In this document: positions 46,854-55,679 of the stretch, piece after piece | Layout: each line of letters opens with the position of its first letter | Position numbering within the stretch: position 1 is the first letter of the stretch | Assembly: GCA_963666035.2 (NCBI GenBank) | Contig: CAXXJI010000006.1 | Location: forward strand, 2,819 to 66,818 | Length of the DNA: 64,000 bases | Reading direction: 5' to 3' | DNA from: Christensenellaceae bacterium | GTDB lineage: Bacteria > Bacillota > Clostridia > Christensenellales > CALMFG01 | Program-made: the position numbers and the translations under genes | The notes under the pieces: model-generated | What the model saw: only the letters and a program-made list of their open reading frames with translations | Told to the model about the DNA's origin: nothing | The model's database searches: none

Positions 46854-48119
46854 ATGAAAACAACAGCAGTTAGGTTATATGGCAAAGATGATCTGCGCTT
46901 GGAAACTTTTGAGCTGCCCCCGATAAAAGACGATGAAATATTAGCTAAGGTGATATCGGACAGTATCTGTATGTCATCCTATAAAGCGACCAAGCAGGGT
47001 GCGGACCACAAGCGTGTACCGGATAACGTTGCCGAAAGCCCGGTGATGATTGGGCACGAATTCTGTGGGCAGATCATTGAAGTCGGTAAAAAGTGGCAGG
47101 ACAAGTTTAAAGTCGGCAAGCATTTCTCAATACAGCCTGCGTTCAATTATAAAGGGTCGCTGGATGCGCCCGGCTATTCCTACCCCTATATCGGTGGGGA
47201 CGCCACATATGTGGTGATACCCAACGAAGCGATGGAGATGGATTGCCTGTTGGAATACAATTCCGACGTTTACTTTTATGGTTCACTTTCCGAGCCGGTC
47301 AGCTGCATCGTCGGGGCGTTTCATGCGTCGTACCATACCACCCAAGGGTCGTATGTGCATGAGATGGGAATCAAAGAAGGCGGTAAGATGGCGATTTTGG
47401 CAGGTGTCGGCCCGATGGGGCTTGGTGCGATCGACTATGCCATCAACAATGAACGTCGCCCTGCACTTTTGGTGGTGACCGATATTGACGATGCCAGACT
47501 GGAACGCGCGTCCAAAATCTATACGGTGGAAAAAGCGAAAGAAAATGGCGTGGACCTGCGCTATTTTAATACAAAGGATCCGGCATCCGAAGCTGAGCTT
47601 TTAAAGCTCACTGGAGGAGAAGGGTTTGATGATATCTTTGTGATGGCCCCGGTCAAGCCGGTGGTGGAGCAGGCCGACAGGCTTTTGGGTCACGATGGTT
47701 GCCTTAATTTCTTTGCAGGGCCCACCAATACTGAGTTCTCAGCCAGCTTTAACTTTTATAATGTACATTATAACGCCACGCATATTGTGGGTACATCCGG
47801 CGGGAATAATGATGACATGCGTGAATCCATTGTACTGATGTCGGGCGGCGTGGTGACACCCGCGGCGATGATTACGCATGTGGGCGGACTGAACGCGGTC
47901 ATTGAAACGACCAAAAACCTGCCGAATATTCCGGGCGGGAAAAAGTTGATCTATACCCATGTGGATATGCCCTTAACGGCGATTGATGACTTTGAGGAAA
48001 AGGGCAAAGAAGACCCGTTCTTTAAGGCTTTGGCAGATATTGTTGCGAAAAACGGCGGATTCTGGTGCGGCGAAGCTGAGCAATATGTCCTGAATAACGC
48101 CAAGAAGATTGACGAATAG
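46854..48119 (+). CDS. Long (421 aa) zinc-dependent dehydrogenase, sorbose-1-phosphate-reductase (SorE)-like
   Basis: I chose the start at MKTTAVRLYG, 7 nt after AGGAGGAG. GHEFCGQI is the zinc motif and LAGVGPMGLGA the Rossmann motif. The longest ORF (from 46722) overlaps the end of E1 and was rejected. Confidence 0.75.
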   Translation: MKTTAVRLYGKDDLRLETFELPPIKDDEILAKVISDSICMSSYKATKQGADHKRVPDNVAESPVMIGHEFCGQIIEVGKKWQDKFKVGKHFSIQPAFNYKGSLDAPGYSYPYIGGDATYVVIPNEAMEMDCLLEYNSDVYFYGSLSEPVSCIVGAFHASYHTTQGSYVHEMGIKEGGKMAILAGVGPMGLGAIDYAINNERRPALLVVTDIDDARLERASKIYTVEKAKENGVDLRYFNTKDPASEAELLKLTGGEGFDDIFVMAPVKPVVEQADRLLGHDGCLNFFAGPTNTEFSASFNFYNVHYNATHIVGTSGGNNDDMRESIVLMSGGVVTPAAMITHVGGLNAVIETTKNLPNIPGGKKLIYTHVDMPLTAIDDFEEKGKEDPFFKALADIVAKNGGFWCGEAEQYVLNNAKKIDE

Positions 48120-48130
48120 GGGAGTTTTGT

Positions 48131-48910
48131 ATGAGTGAACAAAGAATGAAAGATAAAGTGGTGGTAATCACCGGCGCTGCACAGGGGCTGGGACGCGCGC
48201 TGGCTGTGCGCCTGGCAAAAGAGGGGGCTAAGGTGGCTATTGGCGACATGAATATAGAGGGTGCTGCAGAAACGGCTAACCTCTGTGCGGACGCGTTTGC
48301 GCAAACGCTGGATGTCACCGATTACGGATCCTGCGAAGCGCTGATGAAAGCAGCCAACGAAAAATATGGTAAAATCGATATTGTGGTCAGCAATGCGGCA
48401 ATTTTGATATCAGGAGCGATTGAGGAATTTGATTCAGCGCGCTGGAAAAAGGTGATCGATGTGAATCTTTGTGGTTTTTTCAATACCGCCAAGGCCGCTG
48501 TGCCCTACTTAAAAGCCAATGATGCGGGCGTGATTATCCAAATCAACTCGAAATCTGGCAAAAAGGGTTCATACAAAAACAGTGCCTACGCCGCGTCCAA
48601 GTTCGGCGGCATCGGGTTGGTGCAGAGTCTGGCTTTGGAACTGGCCGAAGACAATATTCGCGTCAACGCAATTTGCCCGGGCAATCTTCTGAATTCGCCG
48701 CTCTGGACGGACAGCCTATTCAAGCAGTATGCTAAGAATCAGGGCATCACCGAAGCGGAAGTCCGCCAGAAATATATTGACCAGGTGCCGCTGAAACGTT
48801 CATGCGAATACGTGGACATCGAGAACGCATTGCTCTTTTTGGCCAGTGATGAGGCATCTTATATGACCGGCCAGGCGATCAACGTGACCGGTGGACAGCA
48901 AATGAATTAA
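48131..48910 (+). CDS. SDR-family oxidoreductase, sorbitol-6-phosphate 2-dehydrogenase (SrlD)-like
   Basis: TGAAQGLG. IIQINSKSGKKGS..YAASKFGGIGLVQSLALELAE..ICPGNLLNSPLW..YIDQVPLKR..INVTGGQ is nearly colinear with E. coli SrlD. Confidence 0.8.
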   Translation: MSEQRMKDKVVVITGAAQGLGRALAVRLAKEGAKVAIGDMNIEGAAETANLCADAFAQTLDVTDYGSCEALMKAANEKYGKIDIVVSNAAILISGAIEEFDSARWKKVIDVNLCGFFNTAKAAVPYLKANDAGVIIQINSKSGKKGSYKNSAYAASKFGGIGLVQSLALELAEDNIRVNAICPGNLLNSPLWTDSLFKQYAKNQGITEAEVRQKYIDQVPLKRSCEYVDIENALLFLASDEASYMTGQAINVTGGQQMN

Positions 48911-48920
48911 CGGAGCGTTT

Positions 48921-50198
48921 ATGGGAAATCAAAGTTTTGCCGAATTAGCACAAAAATTGAACAGCCGTGATTCATCCGACCGACTCGCTGCACTTAAGGA
49001 AGTCAAGGTTCCGGTGCGGGAAAAGTTTTCGGGTATCACCAACAATCATGTGCATTCAGGGTATTCTTTTTCGCCCTATATGCCGGCGCGAATCGTGCTG
49101 GAAGCGTATCGGAATGACCTGGATGTAGTAGGCATTATGGATCATGATGCGATCGGCGGCGCGGAAGAATTTATCAAAGCCGGAAAAGAATTTGGCATTG
49201 CCACCACCGTCGGGTTTGAGGTACGTACCGATTGGTCGGATACGCCTTTTAAGGACCGGCGGCTGAATAATCCGGACCAAATTGGCTGCGCTTATATGTG
49301 TGTACACGGCATACCGCATCAGAAAATTGCCGATACGGCAGCGTTTTTAAACAACATCGTCACCGCCAGAAACGTGCGAAACCGCGCGATGGTGGCGAAA
49401 ATAAACGCACTGGTGCCGGATACACCGATATCGTTCGATAAAGATGTGGTGCCGCTCTCATTGCTGGAAGCAGGGGGCAGCATCACCGAACGACATATCC
49501 TGTTTGCATTGTCAAACAAGATGATAGAGAAACAAGGCAAGGGAGAAACACTGATAAAATATTTGTCCGATGTGCTGCGTGTTTCTCTTTCTGCTGGACA
49601 GCAAAATACACTGCTGGATACGACATACGAGTATTATGCCTATGACGTATTAAACATCCTAAAAAGTGCGTTTGTTGCCAAGATATTTATCCCAGCTGAA
49701 CCACCCGAAACACCGTCTATCAAAGACTTAATCGCTTTTTGCAACAGCATCGGCGCCATTGCGGCGTATGCTTATTTGGGCGATGTGACCGAATCGCCGA
49801 CCGGAGACAAAAAAGCGCAGGTGTTTGAGGACGCCTATCTGGATGAACTGTTCGCCTATCTTGAGACGCTGGGTGTGCCCGCGGTGGCCTATATGCCCTC
49901 TCGCAACACGGCGGCGCAGATGGCGCGCGTGATGACGCTTTGCGAAAAACATGGCCTGTTTCAGATCAGCGGCGAGGATATCAACCAACCGCGCCAATCG
50001 TTTATCTGCAAGCAGTTAAAAGAACCGGCATTTTTGCATTTGGTAGAATCCGCATGGGCTTTGGTGGGGCATGAGAAGAAGGCTTCAATGGATATTCAGG
50101 ACGGAATGTTTGCCAATCAGCAAAAAAAAGTGCCGCTGGATGAAAGAATCAAGATATATGCGGCATTCGGACGCGAAGGCAGCGAGCAGAATGAATAG
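48921..50198 (+). CDS. PHP-domain metal-dependent phosphoesterase-like protein
   Basis: 425 aa. NNHVHSGYSFSPY and GIMDHDAIGG are PHP His/Asp motifs. Confidence 0.65.
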   Translation: MGNQSFAELAQKLNSRDSSDRLAALKEVKVPVREKFSGITNNHVHSGYSFSPYMPARIVLEAYRNDLDVVGIMDHDAIGGAEEFIKAGKEFGIATTVGFEVRTDWSDTPFKDRRLNNPDQIGCAYMCVHGIPHQKIADTAAFLNNIVTARNVRNRAMVAKINALVPDTPISFDKDVVPLSLLEAGGSITERHILFALSNKMIEKQGKGETLIKYLSDVLRVSLSAGQQNTLLDTTYEYYAYDVLNILKSAFVAKIFIPAEPPETPSIKDLIAFCNSIGAIAAYAYLGDVTESPTGDKKAQVFEDAYLDELFAYLETLGVPAVAYMPSRNTAAQMARVMTLCEKHGLFQISGEDINQPRQSFICKQLKEPAFLHLVESAWALVGHEKKASMDIQDGMFANQQKKVPLDERIKIYAAFGREGSEQNE

Positions 50199-50232
50199 AG
50201 TTTAGGTTTTATAGAGGGATCAATTTCTTATG

Positions 50233-50272
50233 GGTGCATTTCACAAGTTAAAAGAGGAATGCACCTTTTCTA
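50233..50272 (+). terminator. Rho-independent terminator ending the E2-E3-E1 operon
   Basis: ggtgcatt / aatgcacc stem followed by ttttctat. Confidence 0.65.
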
Positions 50273-50316
50273 TATAAAAAATCATCATTATACTCGTAGC
50301 ACAGTTACTAAATTAT

Positions 50317-51924
50317 CTATTTTTTTAAACTCACGAACAGGCTGTCTCGATACTGGTTTGGTGTCAGGCCAGTATTTTTTTTAAACAGCTTATAAAAATA
50401 CTTTTCATCCTGAAATCCGGTTTCATAGGCGACCTGATAGTTCTTCTTGCTGATGTCCTTCAGCAATTTCTTCGATTGTTCAAGCCGATAGTCGTTGAGA
50501 TAATTGATGAAGTTCTCTTTTGTTTCCTGCTTAAATAGAACGCTTAAATATGCAGGCGTGATAAATAGCTCGCTGGCCGCAGTTTGCAGATTGATGTTTT
50601 CCCGATAGTGTACATGGATATAATCGATGGCCGCTTTGATGAGATGATTCACCTGTGTATGATCGCTGATAGCAGAGATGATATCTTTGAGGGTGGATAT
50701 AAGGGCTTCTTTGAGCGTGGCGAGTGTCTTCGCGGCGTTGATTTCGTCGAACTTTTGATAGATCAACGCGTTAATTTCGGCAAAATCGATATTCCGATCG
50801 GCACAGTATTTAAAAATATTACTGAGAAGTGTGATACCGATTTTTTTCGTGAACATGCAGTCGCCGGAAAGACCACCTTCAAAAGTCTGGAAAAAATCAT
50901 CAATATAAGCACGAGCCAGCGATTTGTCTCCTGCTTCGATTAAAGAAAGGATTTTTTGTTCCTGCTTAAACGGATAGAAATGTTGGTAATGGTCCTTTAA
51001 CATACTTGGCTCAAAAACTGTAACCGCTTCAAGGCCGAGGAAAACGCCGCTTTCAAGTGCGGTCAGCGCCTGGTGAAAGGAAACCGAAGCCAATAGCGGG
51101 GAAGCAACCGTTTGTCCGATGCCTGCAGAAAAATCAAAAGTATACTGGTCGCAAAGGGATGAATAAAGTGTTTGCATCAGTGAAAGCAGGTCATTGCTCT
51201 CTTCACCGCTGGCAATCAGTACAAAACTATCCCGATAATAGATGACCTCACAGTGGGATAAAGCACGGATATGCTGGCGAATCTGCGCCAGAACGCTGAG
51301 CACCAGATGGTCGAATTCTTCAAGGGTGTTGGTTTCATAGATACTGTCAATATCCAAAAAGCGAATCACCGCGGAACAGCAGGTTTCGCGGGTCAGATGG
51401 ATATCGTATTGAGCGGCGTCCTCAAAAAAAGCATCGGGTTTGCGCAAGGAATCTTCCAGCAGGCTGACCAGAAGGTTTTCTTTCAGCGATGTTTTTTGAG
51501 CTTGGAACAGTGAATGATAGTCATTGACCATGGTCTGCTTTACTTTATCTTCATTGGCCAGATTTTTGGCACGCAGGACAGCCTGCAGAATCTCTTCGAC
51601 CGAGCAGGGCTTGAGCAGATAGTTGTTGGCTTTCAGTTGGATGGCTTTGCAGGCGTATTCAAAATTATCGTGCCCGCTGAGGATAATCATCTGAATATGA
51701 AGTCCCGCGGCGTTGATTTCCTCTATCAGGTTTAGTCCGTTAAGATAGGGCATCTGGATATCAATGATGGCGATATCCGGAGAAAGGCGCGTTAATAGCT
51801 CTAAACCGTCGCGACCGTTGTAGGCAACCCCGCAGACTTGGATATCGTATTTTTCCCAGTCGATAAAGTCTTTGATTCCGCGGACCTGTTCAAATTCATC
51901 ATCAATGATGGCGAGTCTATACAT
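50317..51924 (-). CDS. Response regulator with AraC-type HTH output (YesN-like)
   Basis: Receiver domain with LAIIDDE..PDIAIIDIQMP. The C-terminal AraC HTH includes ITPAYLSVLFKQETKENF..GFQDEKYFYKLFKK. 535 aa. Confidence 0.9.
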   Translation of the reverse strand: MYRLAIIDDEFEQVRGIKDFIDWEKYDIQVCGVAYNGRDGLELLTRLSPDIAIIDIQMPYLNGLNLIEEINAAGLHIQMIILSGHDNFEYACKAIQLKANNYLLKPCSVEEILQAVLRAKNLANEDKVKQTMVNDYHSLFQAQKTSLKENLLVSLLEDSLRKPDAFFEDAAQYDIHLTRETCCSAVIRFLDIDSIYETNTLEEFDHLVLSVLAQIRQHIRALSHCEVIYYRDSFVLIASGEESNDLLSLMQTLYSSLCDQYTFDFSAGIGQTVASPLLASVSFHQALTALESGVFLGLEAVTVFEPSMLKDHYQHFYPFKQEQKILSLIEAGDKSLARAYIDDFFQTFEGGLSGDCMFTKKIGITLLSNIFKYCADRNIDFAEINALIYQKFDEINAAKTLATLKEALISTLKDIISAISDHTQVNHLIKAAIDYIHVHYRENINLQTAASELFITPAYLSVLFKQETKENFINYLNDYRLEQSKKLLKDISKKNYQVAYETGFQDEKYFYKLFKKNTGLTPNQYRDSLFVSLKK

Positions 51925-53758
51925 CAGGCAATTCTCCTTTGATGGTCAGTACCGGGGACAAGGGCAGGACGATGTGCACAGTTGTTCCTTGCCCGATCTC
52001 GCTTGTCATGTCCAATCGGTATTCATCACTGTAATAGAGGGACAAACGGTTGATGACATTTTTAATGCCGTAGCCGCTTTTTTCCGAAGACTGAGCGGAA
52101 GATTCGGACGGATTAGTGATACTTTTCAGCACCGATTCAGGCATGCCGGGACCGTCGTCCGCGATGACAAAGTGTAGTTTATTTTCAGCTTCATACCCGC
52201 GGATGGTGATGGTCGTTTGCTTGGCTTCCACCTCCAGGCCGTGAACGATGGCGTTTTCCACAAAGGGCTGTAAAATGAGTTTGGGGATCATATAATCCAT
52301 GATGGCGGGGTCGAAGTCAAGAATATACTTCAGCTTGTCCCGATATCTTTTTCCTTGAAGCAAAATGTAATGATCGATGAATTCCTTTTCTTTGGTGACA
52401 TGCAAAAACTCATGTCCGACGTTTAATGCCAGCCTGAAAATTTTGCTTAACGCGTGAATCATGTCTCTGACTTCGTCGGTATCGCCCGCCACGGCTTTCC
52501 AATAGATGGTATCCAATGTGTTATAGAGAAAATGCGGATTGATCTGAGCCTGAAGCGCTTTGAGTTCAGCGATCTTTTCCTCCAATCCCAGAACATATAC
52601 TTCGTGGATAAGGCCGTGAATGCGGGAAATCATCTGGTCATATTCCGCACCCAGGAGCCCTATTTCGTCCCGGTACTTAAAGCCGACATATTCTTCAAAA
52701 TTTCCGTTTTTAACTCGGCTCATGGACTCCAAAAGGTTTTTGATCGGTTTTGTGAGCAGAGAAGAAGTATATGTGGTAAAGTAAAAACCGAGGAATAAAG
52801 CAAACAGAGAAGTGACCAGCGCAAACAGAGGCACAAAACCTGCATTGGTGGTGAAACTGTCCAAAGGTACAACATTGAGCACTTTCCAATCTGCGCTTTT
52901 GAGGGAAGCGAAGGTGATGAGATATTTTTGGCCGTTGTAGCGGTAAATCTCTGAACTCTCGGTTTGCGCCAAAACGGATGCAGGGATTTTGGCTAGAAGC
53001 GCGTTGATCGCTGTAAGATCCTCAGGCTGGGGGTCGATGAAAAACGGCGTATTGGTTTCGTCTAAAAACATCATCGTGCTGCCTCGGGTGGTCAATGTGC
53101 CCTCATACAGCGGCTTGATTGCCGACAGATTCATAGAGAGCATGATATAGCCTTTGGTGGAATAATCGTTCAGTTTTAAAACGGTCCGATACATGGATAT
53201 CTTAGCGTTTTTATTGTCGAGTATATAGGTGGTGTCCGATTTTGGTATATATGCCCAAAGCGACGCGCCCTTTGCAGCCAGAGCGCGCTGATAAGCATCC
53301 GTTTTTTTTAAGGTATGAAATGTAGGGATATTATTGCTCTTATCGGTGGCGGCGTAGTAGGTATAACCATTGTTGGCATACAGACTGATAAAACTCATAT
53401 AGCTTTTTGAAACCAAAAGGTTATTCAACATATATTCCACATAGCTTTCGTCAGCGAGATTCTGTTCCAGCTCCGAGGGCGTGTAGCAGATGGTTCGCTG
53501 AACGATATTGTCTGAACAGATGAAAGAGGAAAGCTCTTCTGCGTCGTTTTGAATATAATCGATGCTGTTGCTGATTTGGTTGACATCTCGAAGATTGATA
53601 ACCGCCAGTTCGTTGGCGATGGTGTGGCGGTAGAGAGAAAACGAAGCGGAGCCGATGACCAGCGCCACAAAAAGAATGATAAATGAATTAATCATGATCA
53701 TTTTATAGCGGATACTGATATTCATATAGCTGTTTTTTATTCGTTGCAAAAAGCGCAT
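51917..53758 (-). CDS. Sensor histidine kinase (YesM-like; two TM helices, extracytoplasmic sensor domain, HAMP)
   Basis: TM helices IILFVALVIGSASFSL and FALVTSLFALFLGFYF. H-box QINPHFLYNTLDTI. ATPase motif DDGPGM. It overlaps the response-regulator gene by 8 nt. Confidence 0.9.
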   Translation of the reverse strand: MRFLQRIKNSYMNISIRYKMIMINSFIILFVALVIGSASFSLYRHTIANELAVINLRDVNQISNSIDYIQNDAEELSSFICSDNIVQRTICYTPSELEQNLADESYVEYMLNNLLVSKSYMSFISLYANNGYTYYAATDKSNNIPTFHTLKKTDAYQRALAAKGASLWAYIPKSDTTYILDNKNAKISMYRTVLKLNDYSTKGYIMLSMNLSAIKPLYEGTLTTRGSTMMFLDETNTPFFIDPQPEDLTAINALLAKIPASVLAQTESSEIYRYNGQKYLITFASLKSADWKVLNVVPLDSFTTNAGFVPLFALVTSLFALFLGFYFTTYTSSLLTKPIKNLLESMSRVKNGNFEEYVGFKYRDEIGLLGAEYDQMISRIHGLIHEVYVLGLEEKIAELKALQAQINPHFLYNTLDTIYWKAVAGDTDEVRDMIHALSKIFRLALNVGHEFLHVTKEKEFIDHYILLQGKRYRDKLKYILDFDPAIMDYMIPKLILQPFVENAIVHGLEVEAKQTTITIRGYEAENKLHFVIADDGPGMPESVLKSITNPSESSAQSSEKSGYGIKNVINRLSLYYSDEYRLDMTSEIGQGTTVHIVLPLSPVLTIKGELPDV

Positions 53759-53857
53759 ACTTTTTAGCTTCTATCCTAAAACAATCTTGCTTGATATGGC
53801 CTTATTATACACGATTAGTGCAAAATCGTCTTTAAATAGCACAATATAAAAAAGATT

Positions 53858-53919
53858 GTGCACCATTTCGTTAAATTGTCTACTTACTTGAAGAAGGACG
53901 GGCGATAGAGTATAGGAAG
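53858..53919 (+). promoter_or_regulatory. Copy 1 of a duplicated ~60-bp promoter/operator element (upstream of the binding-protein gene)
   Basis: gtgcaccatttcgttaaattgtctacttacttgaag..gcgatagagtatagg aligns with 55511-55575 (about 85% identity over the first 38 nt). Confidence 0.6.
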
Positions 53920-53951
53920 TAACATTATCAAAAACTATAGGAGGTTTTTTC

Positions 53952-55307
53952 ATGAAATCAATCAACAAATTGTTGGTCCTGACATTTGTGGTCGTTATGC
54001 TGTTCAGCCTGACCGCATGTACAGGGGGAACAACTGCAGCTGACGTTCCTGCGCAAGGAGAAGAACAGGCGCAAGAATCTTCGGATGCAGCAGCAGCACC
54101 GGTTACGATTAAATTCTTTTCAAACTTGCCGGATCGTGCTTCGGGCATGGGCCAATTGGAACAGACTTTGATTGACAATTACAGTGCTGAGAATACCAAT
54201 GTGACTATCGAAGTGGAAGCATTGCAGGATGAACCATACAAACAGAAATTCCAGTCCTATGTTGCGGGCAACGAACTGCCGGATATCTTTATGGTATGGG
54301 GACAACCGTCCTTCTTCCAAGCTGTGATGGAAGGTGGTTATGCTGCTGAGCTGAACCCTGACGATTACGCTGACTATGGTTTCTTCGCAGGTTCCACCGC
54401 AGATTTCAGCTATGACGGCAAATTATATGGATTGCCGAGAAATCAGGATATGCTTTCTATTCTTTATTACAACAAAGCGCTGTTTGATGAGTATGGCGTA
54501 AAGGTTCCTGAAACTTACGATGAACTGATGACTGCTATTGAAGTGTTTAACGACAACGATATCGCTCCGATTGCAACCAACGGTAAAGATAAATGGATAC
54601 TTAACGAAATGTTCCAGGATATCTTGGTTAAAGTCAGCGGCGATCAGGACACCATCTACAATGCGGTAGATCAAAAGGTAACATTCTCAACCGACCCGGA
54701 TATCAGAAAAGCGGCGGAACTCTTCAAGGCGCTGGTTGACGCCGGCATGTATCAGCAGTCTTACCTGTCTGCGGATTATGGCGCTGCGATGAACCTCTTC
54801 CTGCAGGAAAAAGCGGCAATGTTCTATATGGGCGCTTGGGAAGTCGGCATGGCGAGCAACATGGAAAACTCAGATCATTTCAGAGAAAACGTCAGTGTAA
54901 TGCCTTTCCCGGTTATTGGTGATGGAAAAGGCAAAGCAACCGATCTTCTGGCTTGGAACGGCGGCGGATTTGCCGTATCGGCCAGCTCGGAAGTGAAAGA
55001 TGAAGCGATTAAACTGTTAAACTACATGATGCTGCCGGAAAATTGGGCAAAAATCGGCTGGGAAACCGGAAATGTGGTGCCAGGACAGGATTATTCCTCC
55101 TTCTTGACTGGCAACGAAAACCCGTTGCAGCTCAAAATCACCGAATACTTGCAGGGCGCGACATCCATGAGCGGAACGCCTTGGAACGACTATGCACCTG
55201 GTGAATGGAAAACGAACTGCGAACAGATTGTTCAGGAATATGCAGCAGGTATCATTGATATCGATGCATTCTTAGCGGCGCTGGATGAGGCGGCTGTGGC
55301 TGAATAA
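53952..55307 (+). CDS. Sugar ABC substrate-binding lipoprotein, CUT1 (family 1)
   Basis: Lipobox LFSLTACTG and an acidic linker. YGLPRNQD and MYMGAWE are family-1 blocks. 451 aa. Confidence 0.85.
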   Translation: MKSINKLLVLTFVVVMLFSLTACTGGTTAADVPAQGEEQAQESSDAAAAPVTIKFFSNLPDRASGMGQLEQTLIDNYSAENTNVTIEVEALQDEPYKQKFQSYVAGNELPDIFMVWGQPSFFQAVMEGGYAAELNPDDYADYGFFAGSTADFSYDGKLYGLPRNQDMLSILYYNKALFDEYGVKVPETYDELMTAIEVFNDNDIAPIATNGKDKWILNEMFQDILVKVSGDQDTIYNAVDQKVTFSTDPDIRKAAELFKALVDAGMYQQSYLSADYGAAMNLFLQEKAAMFYMGAWEVGMASNMENSDHFRENVSVMPFPVIGDGKGKATDLLAWNGGGFAVSASSEVKDEAIKLLNYMMLPENWAKIGWETGNVVPGQDYSSFLTGNENPLQLKITEYLQGATSMSGTPWNDYAPGEWKTNCEQIVQEYAAGIIDIDAFLAALDEAAVAE

Positions 55308-55341
55308 CGCACACAGATTTTTAAAGCACATAAGGGATGGG

Positions 55342-55385
55342 AAAAGCAGAGAATTCAGGTTCTCTGCTTTTTCATTTTATTTTTC
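55342..55385 (+). terminator. Hairpin terminator/attenuator after the binding-protein gene
   Basis: Perfect stem aaaagcagagaa / ttctctgctttt followed by a T-rich tail. Confidence 0.7.
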
Positions 55386-55510
55386 CGCTGAATTATTCGC
55401 TCATGTATCAGCAAAAAAAGGTTTATGAAACCGAGACAAACGACGGCAAAAAGCGGTCTATTTTTTGCACGGATCCACGTGTTTTTTGATAAAAAAAGGA
55501 GTGATAGATA

Positions 55511-55575
55511 GTACACCATTTTATTAAATCGTCTACTTACTTTAAAGCCTGCGTACGGTAGTGTATACATAGGAG
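55511..55575 (+). promoter_or_regulatory. Copy 2 of the duplicated promoter/operator element (upstream of the permease genes)
   Basis: gtacaccattttattaaatcgtctacttactttaaag..gtacggtagtgtatacataggag. See copy 1. Confidence 0.6.
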
Positions 55576-55679
55576 AAACGTTGCTATATCAGGGGCGTTT
55601 AAATCCGATTCAAAAGAGAATCTGGGGATGGGATAAGCCCCGTTTATTTTTTAATAATGTACGTAAGGCGGTTTTAGGC

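Noticed and set aside
53771-54178. Minus-strand ORFs 53771-54178 and 55355-55570, which encode similar peptides (..VSRQFNEMVHNLFYIVLF.. and ..VSRRFNKMVYYLSLLF..).
   Set aside because: The similarity comes from the duplicated intergenic promoter cassette read in antisense. One ORF overlaps the SBP gene start and the other spans a terminator. Neither has an RBS.
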